Source of the DNA: a virus
IMG/VR virus record: IMGVR_UViG_3300005260_000002
Location: 1-43,507 of that record
Reading direction: 5' to 3' (one strand)
Length of the DNA stretch: 43,507 nt
How positions within the stretch are numbered: the stretch's first letter is position 1; each line of letters begins with the position of its first letter. The notes under the pieces were generated by a model. It was not told the DNA's origin and ran no database searches. It worked only from the letters and a program-made list of their open reading frames with translations. Positions 1 to 7,801 of this stretch are shown piece by piece. A program made the position numbers and the translations under genes.

Positions 1-99
1 CTTCCTCGCGCTCGTTGGCGTCCTGCTTGCGCAGGCGCACGATGGTGCGCAGCGCCTTGACGTCAAAGCCGTTGCCCTTGGCCTCGGCATAGACGTCGC
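1..99. repeat. Terminal direct repeat copy 1 (identical to 43409..43507): circular-assembly overlap or terminal redundancy
   Basis: cttcctcgcgctcgttggcg...agacgtcgc read identically at both window ends. Confidence 0.9.
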
Positions 100-187
100 G
101 GATGTCGTCGGAGATGGTCTTCTTTTCTTCTTCCAGCCGTTCGATGCGCTCGATGATCGCTTTAAGCTGCGCGTTGTTCGCCGACAT
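1..187 (-). CDS. gapR: GapR-like DUF2312/UPF0335 DNA-binding protein, 5' part (62 codons); continues at 43341..43507 across the circular junction
   Basis: ATG at 187. Translation [62 protein letters not shown] contains the conserved GapR core. The joined ORF is 84 aa. Confidence 0.85.
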   Translation of the reverse strand, partial: MSANNAQLKAIIERIERLEEEKKTISDDIRDVYAEAKGNGFDVKALRTIVRLRKQDANEREE

Positions 188-434
188 GTCCCCGCCCCCT
201 TGCTACGTTCTCGATGTCCCGCAGCGAAAGGTTCGCTTTCTTGCAGGCCCGCCCCAGTTCAATGATTGTTCCGAACGCGCTCCGCGTGCGCCGCTTCTTC
301 GGCAGCGACAGCCGCTTGCGAAACGCGACCATGCCGACTTGGCAGGTCCTACAATTCAGGTGCTTTGCGATCTGCGTCGCGGACCACGTTGGGTTCTTTC
401 TGTGAACCTCGATCACCTGCTCCTGAGTGATCAT
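162..434 (-). CDS. Small HTH-containing protein (90 aa)
   Basis: ORF track 162..434. N-terminus [28 protein letters not shown] is HTH-like. ATGA overlap with the upstream gene at 431-434. Confidence 0.6.
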   Translation of the reverse strand: MITQEQVIEVHRKNPTWSATQIAKHLNCRTCQVGMVAFRKRLSLPKKRRTRSAFGTIIELGRACKKANLSLRDIENVARGRGHVGEQRAA

Positions 435-982
435 CGGCGCGGCCTCGCGGCTTGAGCCACGGTGCGATGAACAGCGCCGTTGCCGTCCGCCAGAAGAACG
501 CCCAAGGCAGCTTCTTTTCCGGATCGGGCGGTAGTGAGCTTCCGGTCTGCATCAACGATCCCCTTGGCCTTGCGTCGTGTTGGAATTTCGAGCGGCGCAC
601 TTTCCAGCTTGAGCACTTGCTGGCGTGCAAGTTCCTGATGGTGCCGCGCGCGGGCAATCGTCATCGTCTGTTCGATGGTGGTCCACCACCACGGCTTCGC
701 CTGCTCCATCAGCAGTTCGAGAACCTGATATCCATCATCGGACTGCAAAAGCGTCCGGAGTTCGTCCACTGTGTACGAACGCTTTCCAGCCATCCGGTAT
801 TTTGCAGCACGCTCGGAAAGCCCAAGCAGATCGGCCACAACTGCCCATGTTTTGGCAGGATAGATCGACCTCAGCAGGCTCGAAATTTGGGCCGACGTGG
901 TGCACAAAACCGACGCTGGGGTGGCGGATCGTGCACCCCCCAGATTTGCGTTTCCGCGGCCGATGGTCGACGCTGAACTCAT
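431..982 (-). CDS. HTH-containing early protein (183 aa)
   Basis: First ATG (MSSASTIG...) of ORF 431..1162. The part upstream is R-rich antisense junk. WAVVADLLGLSERAAKYRMAGKRSYTVDEL is HTH-like. Confidence 0.6.
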   Translation of the reverse strand: MSSASTIGRGNANLGGARSATPASVLCTTSAQISSLLRSIYPAKTWAVVADLLGLSERAAKYRMAGKRSYTVDELRTLLQSDDGYQVLELLMEQAKPWWWTTIEQTMTIARARHHQELARQQVLKLESAPLEIPTRRKAKGIVDADRKLTTARSGKEAALGVLLADGNGAVHRTVAQAARPRR

Positions 983-1000
983 GAGAACACCGGGGTTGAA

Positions 1001-1270
1001 ATGACGGACGACGGAATCGACGGCTTGAAGGAAGAAATCGACAACCTGCACGCGCGGCTTGATGCACAGCGCGCGGTCTTCACGGTGTTGATAACGGCGA
1101 TGGGCGACACGAAGCCCGGCGCGCTGGACCACATCATCGCGGGCCTCGCGTCTTTCGAGCACGCTTTGCGGATGACGAACGAACGGGCCGTGGTTTTGAA
1201 AGAGTTGCGAGATGTCCGCGAGATTGCAGAGCGGGTTGGAAAGCCCGAAGGCCGGGAGGAAGGCTCGTGA
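1001..1270 (+). CDS. Hypothetical coiled-coil protein (89 aa), antisense-embedded in the early-right operon
   Basis: High GC3 and a natural composition (MTDDGIDGLKEEIDNLHARLDAQRAVF...). The minus-strand frames here are S/R/P-rich junk. Confidence 0.65.
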   Translation: MTDDGIDGLKEEIDNLHARLDAQRAVFTVLITAMGDTKPGALDHIIAGLASFEHALRMTNERAVVLKELRDVREIAERVGKPEGREEGS

Positions 1271-1461
1271 AACGGCGCGCTATATCGTCCCACGACTTCA
1301 TGGCGTCACCTGTTTCATTTTCGAACATGGCGCGACGCGGAATCGAAAGTTTCGCGAGGCGAAAGATAGATATATTCCAGATGCCGCATTCATGGTTTGA
1401 TGCGCCCCAACGAAAAGCTGGGAAAAACCATCATGGGTACGGTGATCTGCTTCTCGGTTCG

Positions 1462-1704
1462 TCATGCGCGGTCCTCCGCGTCTGCAACGGGTTCGCGCGC
1501 AGCCAAGCGCGTCAGAAGGTCCGACGTCGCACCGCCGCTCATCGCTTTTTCATTGGAAAGTATTGCAGCCCACCACTCGGCCGGGATGCTGTCGCGCTGC
1601 CACCATTTCGAGACGGCGGACGCATTGGCTCGAAGGTCGGCGCCCATGGCTTCTTTCGAAGGCCAGAGCTCGATCACGTCTCGGAAAGATCGCAATTCGG
1701 TCAT
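1462..1704 (-). CDS. Cro-like / YdaS-type HTH regulator (80 aa), first gene of the early-right operon
   Basis: WPSKEAMGADLRANASAVSKWWQRDSIPAEWWAAIL pattern. Divergent from the XRE repressor across an operator-rich 85-bp spacer. Confidence 0.75.
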   Translation of the reverse strand: MTELRSFRDVIELWPSKEAMGADLRANASAVSKWWQRDSIPAEWWAAILSNEKAMSGGATSDLLTRLAAREPVADAEDRA

Positions 1705-1711
1705 GCCAAAT

Positions 1712-1740
1712 CACTTAGGACAATCCGTCCTTAATTTCAA
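1712..1740 (-). promoter_or_regulatory. Candidate early-right promoter (TTGAAA-17-TAAGTG), 7 nt before the Cro-like ATG (leaderless geometry)
   Basis: Minus strand reads TTGAAA ttaaggacggattgtcc TAAGTG atttggc ATG. Operator O1 fills the spacer. Confidence 0.4.
1717..1731. promoter_or_regulatory. Operator O1 AGGAC-AATCC-GTCCT
   Basis: Inverted repeat with 5-bp arms. The core is the reverse complement of the sites at 2301 and 2324. Confidence 0.65.
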
Positions 1741-1754
1741 GGACAAATTGGCCT
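1740..1754. promoter_or_regulatory. Degenerate operator O2 AGGAC-AAATT-GGCCT
   Basis: Same 5-N5-5 layout, one arm mismatch, 23 bp centre-to-centre from O1. Confidence 0.4.
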
Positions 1755-1783
1755 GTGACTGTGGAAAGCCTTTAGGACATAAT
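1755..1783 (+). promoter_or_regulatory. Candidate repressor-maintenance promoter (GTGACT-17-CATAAT), 6 nt before the XRE ATG (leaderless geometry)
   Basis: The -10 CATAAT at 1778-1783 is overlapped by operator O3. There is no SD before ATG 1790. Confidence 0.4.
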
Positions 1784-1788
1784 GTCCC
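1774..1788. promoter_or_regulatory. Operator O3 AGGAC-ATAAT-GTCCC
   Basis: 5-N5-5 inverted repeat with one arm mismatch, abutting the repressor start codon. Confidence 0.45.
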
Positions 1789-1789
1789 C

Positions 1790-2110
1790 ATGACCGAACA
1801 AGAGACAGAAGCCCAGTTTAAACAAAGCTTTACCAAGCGCGTGAAGGAAGCGCGGAAGGCGCTTGGCTGGAAGCAATGGGAGATGGCCGAAGCGCTCGAT
1901 ATGCAGCAGGACAAGTACAAGCAGTACGAGGGCCGCAGCATGCTTCCCCATCACCTCCTTGGACGGTTCTGCTTGATTACCCACGTCAATCCTGAATGGT
2001 TGCTCACGGGCCACGGAAAGAAGCTCCTGAAGCCCTTGGAGATCGTGGAGAGCGAGGCGCCGGCCAAGCCGCGCGCGGCTCGCAAAGCGAAGTCGAGCCG
2101 GGCCGCGTAA
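1790..2110 (+). CDS. XRE-family HTH repressor (cI-like), 106 aa
   Basis: Internal ATG of ORF 1397..2110. FTKRVKEARKALGWKQWEMAEALDMQQDKYKQYEGRSMLP...PEWLLTGHG is a classic XRE HTH. Confidence 0.85.
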   Translation: MTEQETEAQFKQSFTKRVKEARKALGWKQWEMAEALDMQQDKYKQYEGRSMLPHHLLGRFCLITHVNPEWLLTGHGKKLLKPLEIVESEAPAKPRAARKAKSSRAA

Positions 2111-2277
2111 TGGTCGGGTTCCTGCGCAGGAACCTACTTCTCATCCTATTTTCAGTGCTGATCGTCTGCCAGGTGCTCACCTGGCGGGCCATCGTTTCAT
2201 TGCAGCAATCGGTCGAGTGGGGACCGTGCGGTCACGAATCGCATCCGTGCTACGTCAGGATCAAGCCGCCTAGGTAA
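2110..2277 (+). CDS. Small membrane protein (55 aa) co-transcribed with the repressor; possible superinfection-exclusion factor
   Basis: TAATG overlap with the repressor stop. MVGFLRRNLLLILFSVLIVCQVLTW has one TM helix. The C-terminus is Cys/His-containing. Confidence 0.5.
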   Translation: MVGFLRRNLLLILFSVLIVCQVLTWRAIVSLQQSVEWGPCGHESHPCYVRIKPPR

Positions 2278-2300
2278 CTGACATCGCGCCATATTTTTAT

Positions 2301-2315
2301 AGGACGGATTGTCCT
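2301..2315. promoter_or_regulatory. Operator O4 AGGAC-GGATT-GTCCT
   Basis: Perfect 5-bp arms. TAGGACGGATTGTCCTT is repeated exactly 23 bp downstream. Confidence 0.65.
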
Positions 2316-2344
2316 TGACAACTAGGACGGATTGTCCTTAGATT
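2315..2344 (+). promoter_or_regulatory. Candidate early-left promoter: consensus -35 TTGACA, 17-18 nt spacer, TTAGAT/TAGATT
   Basis: TTGACA at 2315-2320. O5 occupies the spacer and O4 overlaps the -35. An AAGGAG SD and ATG 2367 follow. Confidence 0.55.
2324..2338. promoter_or_regulatory. Operator O5 AGGAC-GGATT-GTCCT
   Basis: Identical to O4. Confidence 0.65.
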
Positions 2345-2366
2345 GCTCCCACAAAGGAGCGATCAC

Positions 2367-2630
2367 ATGTCCTCACCCGCGAACGACAACCGCCAAATCC
2401 TCCTCCCCTCAATCGATCGGGCCATCCCCGGTCAAGCGTTGACGATCACCCAGCCACATCGCCGGTTTGGCCGCTCCTACGCTGAATTCGTGCGTCACGC
2501 TGGTGACGGCAAGCACGTCTATGTGCGCAAGCTCATCAGCAGCATGTATCGCGGCCGTTGGACCAAGCCGCTCAAGATCGAGCGCGCAATCATCATCGCG
2601 GTTCACACCAACATCGCGAGGGCCGCATGA
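2367..2630 (+). CDS. Hypothetical early protein (87 aa), first gene of the early-left operon
   Basis: ATG 2367 is preceded by AAGGAG (2354-2359). In frame with ORF 2343..2630. Confidence 0.65.
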   Translation: MSSPANDNRQILLPSIDRAIPGQALTITQPHRRFGRSYAEFVRHAGDGKHVYVRKLISSMYRGRWTKPLKIERAIIIAVHTNIARAA

Positions 2631-2893
2631 CCCTCCCAACCGCCTCCGAATACTTCGCGGCCCGGCTCGACGGCCATCTCCGCACCCTCAACTCGGACCA
2701 CGCCAAGCGCGTTTTCCTGACCGCTGAGGCCGCCAAATGGCAGGCCCGCTACCGTGAGTTCGTCGCGACCGAGGGCGAACGCCACGGCCTCCCCAGCCCG
2801 CATTACAGCCAGCCGCAGGCCACCGACTTCCTGATCGTGCAAGGCGACATCACCGCGCGGTTGTCCGCCCTCCGGCAGAAGGAAGCTGCGTGA
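2627..2893 (+). CDS. Hypothetical protein (88 aa)
   Basis: ATGA overlap at 2627-2630. MTLPTASEYFAARLDGHL... Confidence 0.6.
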   Translation: MTLPTASEYFAARLDGHLRTLNSDHAKRVFLTAEAAKWQARYREFVATEGERHGLPSPHYSQPQATDFLIVQGDITARLSALRQKEAA

Positions 2894-3108
2894 TGACCAG
2901 CCAGACCACAGCAGCAGGCGCGCGGATTAAGAAGGTGACAGTTCGCAAAAGTCCGAACGGTCGGCACCTGTATTATGCGTCCGAAGTTCGCGGTAATGGC
3001 ACCTACGGTTGGGGTAACACTCCAGCGGAGGCGCGCGCAAAGCTTACTGAGCGCAACGCCATGATCGAAGCCGAACGCGCTGCCCTCGCCAAGACAGGCG
3101 GTGCGTGA
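2893..3108 (+). CDS. Hypothetical protein (71 aa)
   Basis: TGATG overlap. ORF track 2890..3108 (GTG at 2890 is an alternative start). Confidence 0.6.
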   Translation: MTSQTTAAGARIKKVTVRKSPNGRHLYYASEVRGNGTYGWGNTPAEARAKLTERNAMIEAERAALAKTGGA

Positions 3109-3338
3109 TGAGCGACGTTCTCGACATCAAGCAGTATTTGCGGCCGGACCCACGACGGTCCGATCAGCATCTGTCAGTGGCCCAGCGCTACGCCGTCGCC
3201 GCGTTGCTCGGATACTGCGAAGCAATCATCTCGGTCGGCGGCCTTAGCGAAACCCATGAGATGGAGCTTCGCCTGCGGGTCAACACCACCTGCACAGTGT
3301 TCGGTCTGCCGACCAAAGCCGAGCGGGTGCCCACATGA
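3108..3338 (+). CDS. Hypothetical protein (76 aa)
   Basis: TGATG overlap. ORF track 3105..3338. Confidence 0.6.
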   Translation: MSDVLDIKQYLRPDPRRSDQHLSVAQRYAVAALLGYCEAIISVGGLSETHEMELRLRVNTTCTVFGLPTKAERVPT

Positions 3339-3457
3339 ACGAGCGCGTGGAAGAAGCGGCGCACGTCGCGGTGATCGTCGGTCTGGCCGAACTGGTGGCT
3401 GTGTTTCTGTTCTGCGCGCTGCTTGCGGTGGGCGCAGCGCTGAGGTGCGGCGCATGA
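3335..3457 (+). CDS. Micro membrane protein (40 aa)
   Basis: ATGA-coupled at both ends. MNERVEEAAHVAVIVGLAELVAVFLFCALLAVGAALRCGA has one TM helix. High GC3. Confidence 0.45.
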   Translation: MNERVEEAAHVAVIVGLAELVAVFLFCALLAVGAALRCGA

Positions 3458-3558
3458 CCGTGTGGGATTTTCTAAATCAGAACGGCTTTGGCTTGTTCCT
3501 CACCGTCGTCGTCATCGGATATTTCACCGCCGTTTGTTTTCGAGGGTGGGACTCATGA
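3454..3558 (+). CDS. Micro membrane protein (34 aa)
   Basis: ATGA-coupled at both ends. MTVWDFLNQNGFGLFLTVVVIGYFTAVCFRGWDS. Confidence 0.45.
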   Translation: MTVWDFLNQNGFGLFLTVVVIGYFTAVCFRGWDS

Positions 3559-4487
3559 AGCCCGGCATCTATCGAGACTTCGATGGCGCGTCATATTTCG
3601 ATGATCCATGCCCGCAGCCATCCCTCACCCAATCGATCGCCAAGGTGATCGTCGAGAAGTCGGTCCTGCACGCCATGTGGGAGCATCCACGGCTGGTCCC
3701 GGCGACGACTGAGGACGACGAAGCCGAGAAGTACGTCAAGGCGCAGGCCATCGGGAACGCCGCCCATAAGCTCGTTCTGGGGCGCGGTAAGGATATCGCC
3801 GTTCTCGACTTCAAGGACTTCAAGACGAAGGATGCTCAGGCCGCACGCGACGAGGCCAACGCAGCCGGGAACGTGCCGATCCTCGCGAAGCACATGGCGC
3901 GCGCCGAACTGATGGCGCTGTCGTGCCGCAAGCAGCTTGACGTCCACCAGGATGCCGATGCCTTCACCGGCGGCGCTGGCGAGGTCATGATCTGCTGGCA
4001 GGAGGACGGTCTGTGGTTCCGGTCGCTGATCGACTGGCTGCACGACGATCTGCGCACCGTGGATGATTTCAAGACGACCGGCATGTCCGTCGCACCTCAT
4101 GTTCTCGGCGCGCGCGCGGAAGCTGCGGGCTGGCACATTCAGGCAGCCATGATCGAGCGCGGGCTCGACATCCTCGCCCCCGAAACTGCCGGACGCCGCC
4201 GATTCCGCTTCATCGGCCAAGAGAACGAGCAGCCGTTCGCGCTCTCCGTCATGCACATGAACGAGCACTGGCTCACCATGGGACGGAAGCAACTCGACTA
4301 TGCCGTCAATGTGTGGCGACAGGCGATGCAGTCCGGCGTGTGGGAAGGTTATCCGACGCGCGGAATCGCCCCCGACTTCCCGAGCTATCGCGAGAACGTC
4401 TGGATCGAGCGCGAAATCCAATACCTCGAAGAAAACGAACGGCGCGCAACGCAGCCGAAGATGCTCACCAGCTTGGCCGGAGGCTAG
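3555..4487 (+). CDS. PD-(D/E)XK exonuclease, RecE/DUF3799-like (310 aa)
   Basis: MKPGIYRDFDGASYFDDPCPQPSLTQS N-terminus and a VDDFKTT nuclease-type motif. Sits next to a recombinase ATPase. Confidence 0.75.
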   Translation: MKPGIYRDFDGASYFDDPCPQPSLTQSIAKVIVEKSVLHAMWEHPRLVPATTEDDEAEKYVKAQAIGNAAHKLVLGRGKDIAVLDFKDFKTKDAQAARDEANAAGNVPILAKHMARAELMALSCRKQLDVHQDADAFTGGAGEVMICWQEDGLWFRSLIDWLHDDLRTVDDFKTTGMSVAPHVLGARAEAAGWHIQAAMIERGLDILAPETAGRRRFRFIGQENEQPFALSVMHMNEHWLTMGRKQLDYAVNVWRQAMQSGVWEGYPTRGIAPDFPSYRENVWIEREIQYLEENERRATQPKMLTSLAGG

Positions 4488-4490
4488 ATC

Positions 4491-5420
4491 ATGACGTTTC
4501 AATTTGCACCCGCAGTCCGTGAGCAGGTTTCGCTGCTGATTGCGCTGGCAGGGGCAAGTGGGTCTGGCAAGACCTACAGCGCATTGCGTCTCGCCAAGGG
4601 CATGTCACCGAACGGCAAGATCGCCTTCATCGACACCGAGGCACGGCGCGGCCTGCACTACGCCGAGGATTTCAAGTTCATTCATGCTGACATGCGGCCA
4701 CCGTTCGCACCATCCGCCTTCATTGAAGGCATCCGTGCGGCTGAAAATTCCGGCGCCGAAGTTGTCATCATTGACAGCTTCTCGATGGAATACGATGGCG
4801 AGGGCGGCATCGTCGATATGGCCGACGAACTCGAATCCTCCGGGACAAAGAGCCCCGGTAACTGGAAAGTGCCGAAACGCGAACACAAGAAGATGATGAA
4901 CGCCCTGCTCCAATGCCGCGCGTCGATCATCTTCTGCCTGCGCGCCGACGAGAAGATCAAGATTGAACGCCAGAACGGAAAAACGGTTGTCGTGCCGCTC
5001 GGCTGGATGCCGATCTGCGAAAAGCGCTTCATGTTCGAGATGACGGCCAGCTTCACGCTCACGCCGGATCGCCCAGGTATTCCAAACTTCGATCTGCCGC
5101 ACAAGCTGCAGCGCCAACACCGCGGCATGTTCTCGGACACGCAGCCGATTGGCGAGGAATCCGGCCGCGCGCTCGCATCATGGGCTGCCGGCGGAAATCC
5201 CGTACCAGCAATCGACCAGCCGGACGACAAGACCGCCGCCGAGTGGGATGTCGACCTCGGTGAAGCGGCGAAGAAGGGCACGAAGGCGCTGCAAGCCTTG
5301 TGGGTCACGATCCCGCGCGAACACAAGGAAATCCTCGAAGCGGCGAAAAACAATCGCCACAAGCCGACCGCACAAGAGGCTGACGAATCCTTCCGCGCTT
5401 CTGTGGAGGTGGGATCGTGA
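4491..5420 (+). CDS. Sak4-like AAA/RecA-fold recombination ATPase (309 aa)
   Basis: Walker A GASGSGKT, Walker B VVIIDSF, GGAGG SD upstream. Confidence 0.75.
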   Translation: MTFQFAPAVREQVSLLIALAGASGSGKTYSALRLAKGMSPNGKIAFIDTEARRGLHYAEDFKFIHADMRPPFAPSAFIEGIRAAENSGAEVVIIDSFSMEYDGEGGIVDMADELESSGTKSPGNWKVPKREHKKMMNALLQCRASIIFCLRADEKIKIERQNGKTVVVPLGWMPICEKRFMFEMTASFTLTPDRPGIPNFDLPHKLQRQHRGMFSDTQPIGEESGRALASWAAGGNPVPAIDQPDDKTAAEWDVDLGEAAKKGTKALQALWVTIPREHKEILEAAKNNRHKPTAQEADESFRASVEVGS

Positions 5421-5683
5421 GCAACGCAGCAGTGGGCGCACGGACGGTGGGGGTTATGCGAGCCAAAGATCGAAAGTGGCTCGAACACATCGAAACATCT
5501 AGCCGCATCGGTAGCGGTATGTATCCGGGCACTCCTTGCGATTTTGTCCCAAATGGCCCGGCGAACCGCCTCTACCGCCTCGGTTATATCTCGACGTTTC
5601 TTCCTCATAACCCTGTCCACAAAGAGCGCTGGATTATATCGGATGAAGGCCGCGCTGCCCTCTCCCATGGAGCCTCATCATGA
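5417..5683 (+). CDS. Hypothetical protein (88 aa; GTG start, alternative ATG at 5456)
   Basis: GTGA overlap with the upstream stop. ORF track 5417..5683. Confidence 0.5.
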   Translation: MSNAAVGARTVGVMRAKDRKWLEHIETSSRIGSGMYPGTPCDFVPNGPANRLYRLGYISTFLPHNPVHKERWIISDEGRAALSHGASS

Positions 5684-6114
5684 CTTCCGGGGAGCATACG
5701 AAGGGGCATACACACGAGGATTTCATCGCGGATGTTACGGCGCACCGCCAGTTTATGGGTGAGTCGGTTACTCAGACTATATCCAGAAAGGAGCGACAGT
5801 TCTCATTCGAGAAGGACGAAAGTTCGTCCGGTCCAATGTTCACCGTGTTCAACGAACATGGAACGCGCGTGACATATCCTTACATCAGCCAAGCCGATGC
5901 GGCATTGATTCACACTGCCGTCAACACCTACCCTGCCGTAGAAAAACTAATTCGAACTTTGGAATTCTATGCTGACCCGGCCGCGTGGAAGAAGAAAAAC
6001 GACCATGAGAATTTGGTCGCGATTCCGGATTTCTACTTTGAATTAGATTTTGGAATGGAGGCAAAAGACGCCCTCACCCGTTTTCGCGAGGCTCAGGCCG
6101 GGGGTGAGCGATGA
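5680..6114 (+). CDS. Hypothetical protein (144 aa), Ead/Ea22-like flavour
   Basis: ATGA overlap. ...LEFYADPAAWKKKNDHENL... Confidence 0.6.
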   Translation: MTSGEHTKGHTHEDFIADVTAHRQFMGESVTQTISRKERQFSFEKDESSSGPMFTVFNEHGTRVTYPYISQADAALIHTAVNTYPAVEKLIRTLEFYADPAAWKKKNDHENLVAIPDFYFELDFGMEAKDALTRFREAQAGGER

Positions 6115-7436
6115 CAACAGCCCCGACGAACGAGATGATGGCCGAGGCGGCGAAGCAATTGCGTGATGCTTGTGTAGGTCCGCACGCAAAAATAGCTTGG
6201 CCGCATCGCATATTGCACGAAACCGCAGACTTGCTGGATCGATGCCGCCTCGCCGCTACTCCAGCGCGGGATGTGCGGGAAGCATTGGAAGCGCTGATTG
6301 CGGCATCGAAAAAATATCTCGCGGAAGCTAGACGACGCCTCGATGCCGACATTCCCAAGGATGCGCCAGTTCATCCCGTATCCGCTTATTTGCTTGGGCT
6401 TGCTATCGAAATCGGTGACGCGCAGCACGCCCTCTCCAACCTCGACGCGGCTGCACCGGCAGCGGGTGGGGATGAACGAGGTCACGATTGGGACGGCCAA
6501 TATACTGCTGCGGAATTTATTGAGATTGCCAACGAGAAATACAATCTTGCGAAGAATGGTCTAGGCGACGACTCAAGCACTGATGCGCGAGCATTAATGG
6601 CCTGCTCACTCGCACTACGCTACGCCGCCGAGCATATGTTCGCCGCCCCACCCCTACAGGCCCCGGCCTTCGATCTGCCAAAGCGTCCTTTTGCCTTTGC
6701 TGTTCGCCGCGCGCCCGAGAACGGCCCGGACCAGTGGCGGCTTTTCATGGATGAAGGCGAAGCCCGTGCAGAAGCCGAACAACTCGACGGCGATTACGAG
6801 GCGCTGTTCCGCGTTGGTGACAGACGATCTGCGATTGCCGCCCTACAGGCCCCGGCACATAGCGATGCTGTGCGGGAGGCGTTGGAGCGCATCAAGACGA
6901 TTGGTCGCAAGATTACAGACCCTAACAATCTGTACGGCCTTCAAATGGCAAACATCGCATCGAAGGCCCTCACCGCTCCGGCAGCTAAGGCCCCAGCAGT
7001 CAGCGAGGCAGACGTGGGGCGGGTCATCTATGAAGTATATCCACACTACGAGCCCGGCGAATACGTTGAAGGATTCTCCGTTTCACCTGGCGGTTATCTA
7101 TCGTGGGATCAGGCTTGCGCTCGGGATGCCGAGTTTGGAAGCGATCAGGGCTTCACAAAAATTACAGAAGCGCCAATCAAAACGGCCAATAAAATTCTCG
7201 CACTCATCCAATCCGCAGCCCAAGGCGGCGGACACCAATCTGACGGCGGCGTGGAAGGACACGCGGCTGTGTCACCTGAAATCCCCACACAAAGGTCAGG
7301 CGCAAGCCGCGATCCACTTGGTGATGGGTCAGTAAAGGTGAGTCCGCATCGTGAAGATGCAGCCGGTATCAAGCCCGGCCCGTCAGACCCACCATCACAG
7401 GAAGCCAGCGCGCCTCCTATCGCAGGAGGACGGTGA
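6111..7436 (+). CDS. Large hypothetical early protein (441 aa)
   Basis: ATGA overlap. Long ORF with sensible composition, an internal LQAPA repeat and a disordered P/S/G tail. Confidence 0.7.
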   Translation: MTTAPTNEMMAEAAKQLRDACVGPHAKIAWPHRILHETADLLDRCRLAATPARDVREALEALIAASKKYLAEARRRLDADIPKDAPVHPVSAYLLGLAIEIGDAQHALSNLDAAAPAAGGDERGHDWDGQYTAAEFIEIANEKYNLAKNGLGDDSSTDARALMACSLALRYAAEHMFAAPPLQAPAFDLPKRPFAFAVRRAPENGPDQWRLFMDEGEARAEAEQLDGDYEALFRVGDRRSAIAALQAPAHSDAVREALERIKTIGRKITDPNNLYGLQMANIASKALTAPAAKAPAVSEADVGRVIYEVYPHYEPGEYVEGFSVSPGGYLSWDQACARDAEFGSDQGFTKITEAPIKTANKILALIQSAAQGGGHQSDGGVEGHAAVSPEIPTQRSGASRDPLGDGSVKVSPHREDAAGIKPGPSDPPSQEASAPPIAGGR

Positions 7437-7657
7437 TGGCTGATCCGGTTTACATAGCACAGACAGCAGATCCAAAGTCACAAGCAGAACGTGAAGCGTG
7501 GTGGCAGTCCACTATGCAAGAGGGTCGGCAAAAGGGCGCAACGTTCTTTCGAGTGTCCGTTCATCCGGCGATTGATCATTTAATTCTTACAGAAGGATGG
7601 GAACGACGCCCTACTGATCAAGGACTCCCGCGCTTCGCTTTGGAGTCCCGCCCATGA
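7436..7657 (+). CDS. Hypothetical protein (73 aa)
   Basis: TGATG overlap. ORF track 7433..7657. Confidence 0.55.
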   Translation: MADPVYIAQTADPKSQAEREAWWQSTMQEGRQKGATFFRVSVHPAIDHLILTEGWERRPTDQGLPRFALESRP

Positions 7658-7705
7658 CCTTCAACGCCGGGATAGAAGCTGCGGCGCTACGGATAGGTCG
7701 TCCCG

Positions 7706-7798
7706 ATGATTAAAAAGTTGCTGTCCGGTAGCGCCATCATCGGGGGAACAATTCTCGTTATCTATTTCTATTTTTATGTGATCCAGACTCTGAGGTGA
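7706..7798 (+). CDS. Possible micro membrane peptide (30 aa)
   Basis: MIKKLLSGSAIIGGTILVIYFYFYVIQTLR. Fills the 7658-7801 gap. Weak SD. Confidence 0.3.
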   Translation: MIKKLLSGSAIIGGTILVIYFYFYVIQTLR

Positions 7799-7801
7799 GG
7801 A

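Noticed and set aside
431-1162. N-terminal extension of the 431..982 gene to the alternative start at 1162
   Set aside because: The extension is R-rich and antisense to the better-supported plus-strand gene 1001..1270.
1298-1465. 55-aa minus-strand ORF ATGA-coupled to the Cro-like gene stop
   Set aside because: The coupling is attractive, but GC3 is low (about 45%), the composition is odd and there is no recognisable motif. I treat 1271-1461 as probably non-coding or regulatory.
3591-4502. 303-aa minus-strand ORF antisense to the exonuclease gene. Similar long antisense ORFs occur at 10561..11718, 13721..14578, 20989..22377, 25043..26302 and 33888..34973.
   Set aside because: R/A/G/P-rich compositions typical of shadow frames in high-GC DNA. 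Each fully overlaps a gene with recognisable motifs on the other strand.
7654-7713. 19-codon ORF ATGA-coupled to gene 7436..7657
   Set aside because: Too short and featureless to support.
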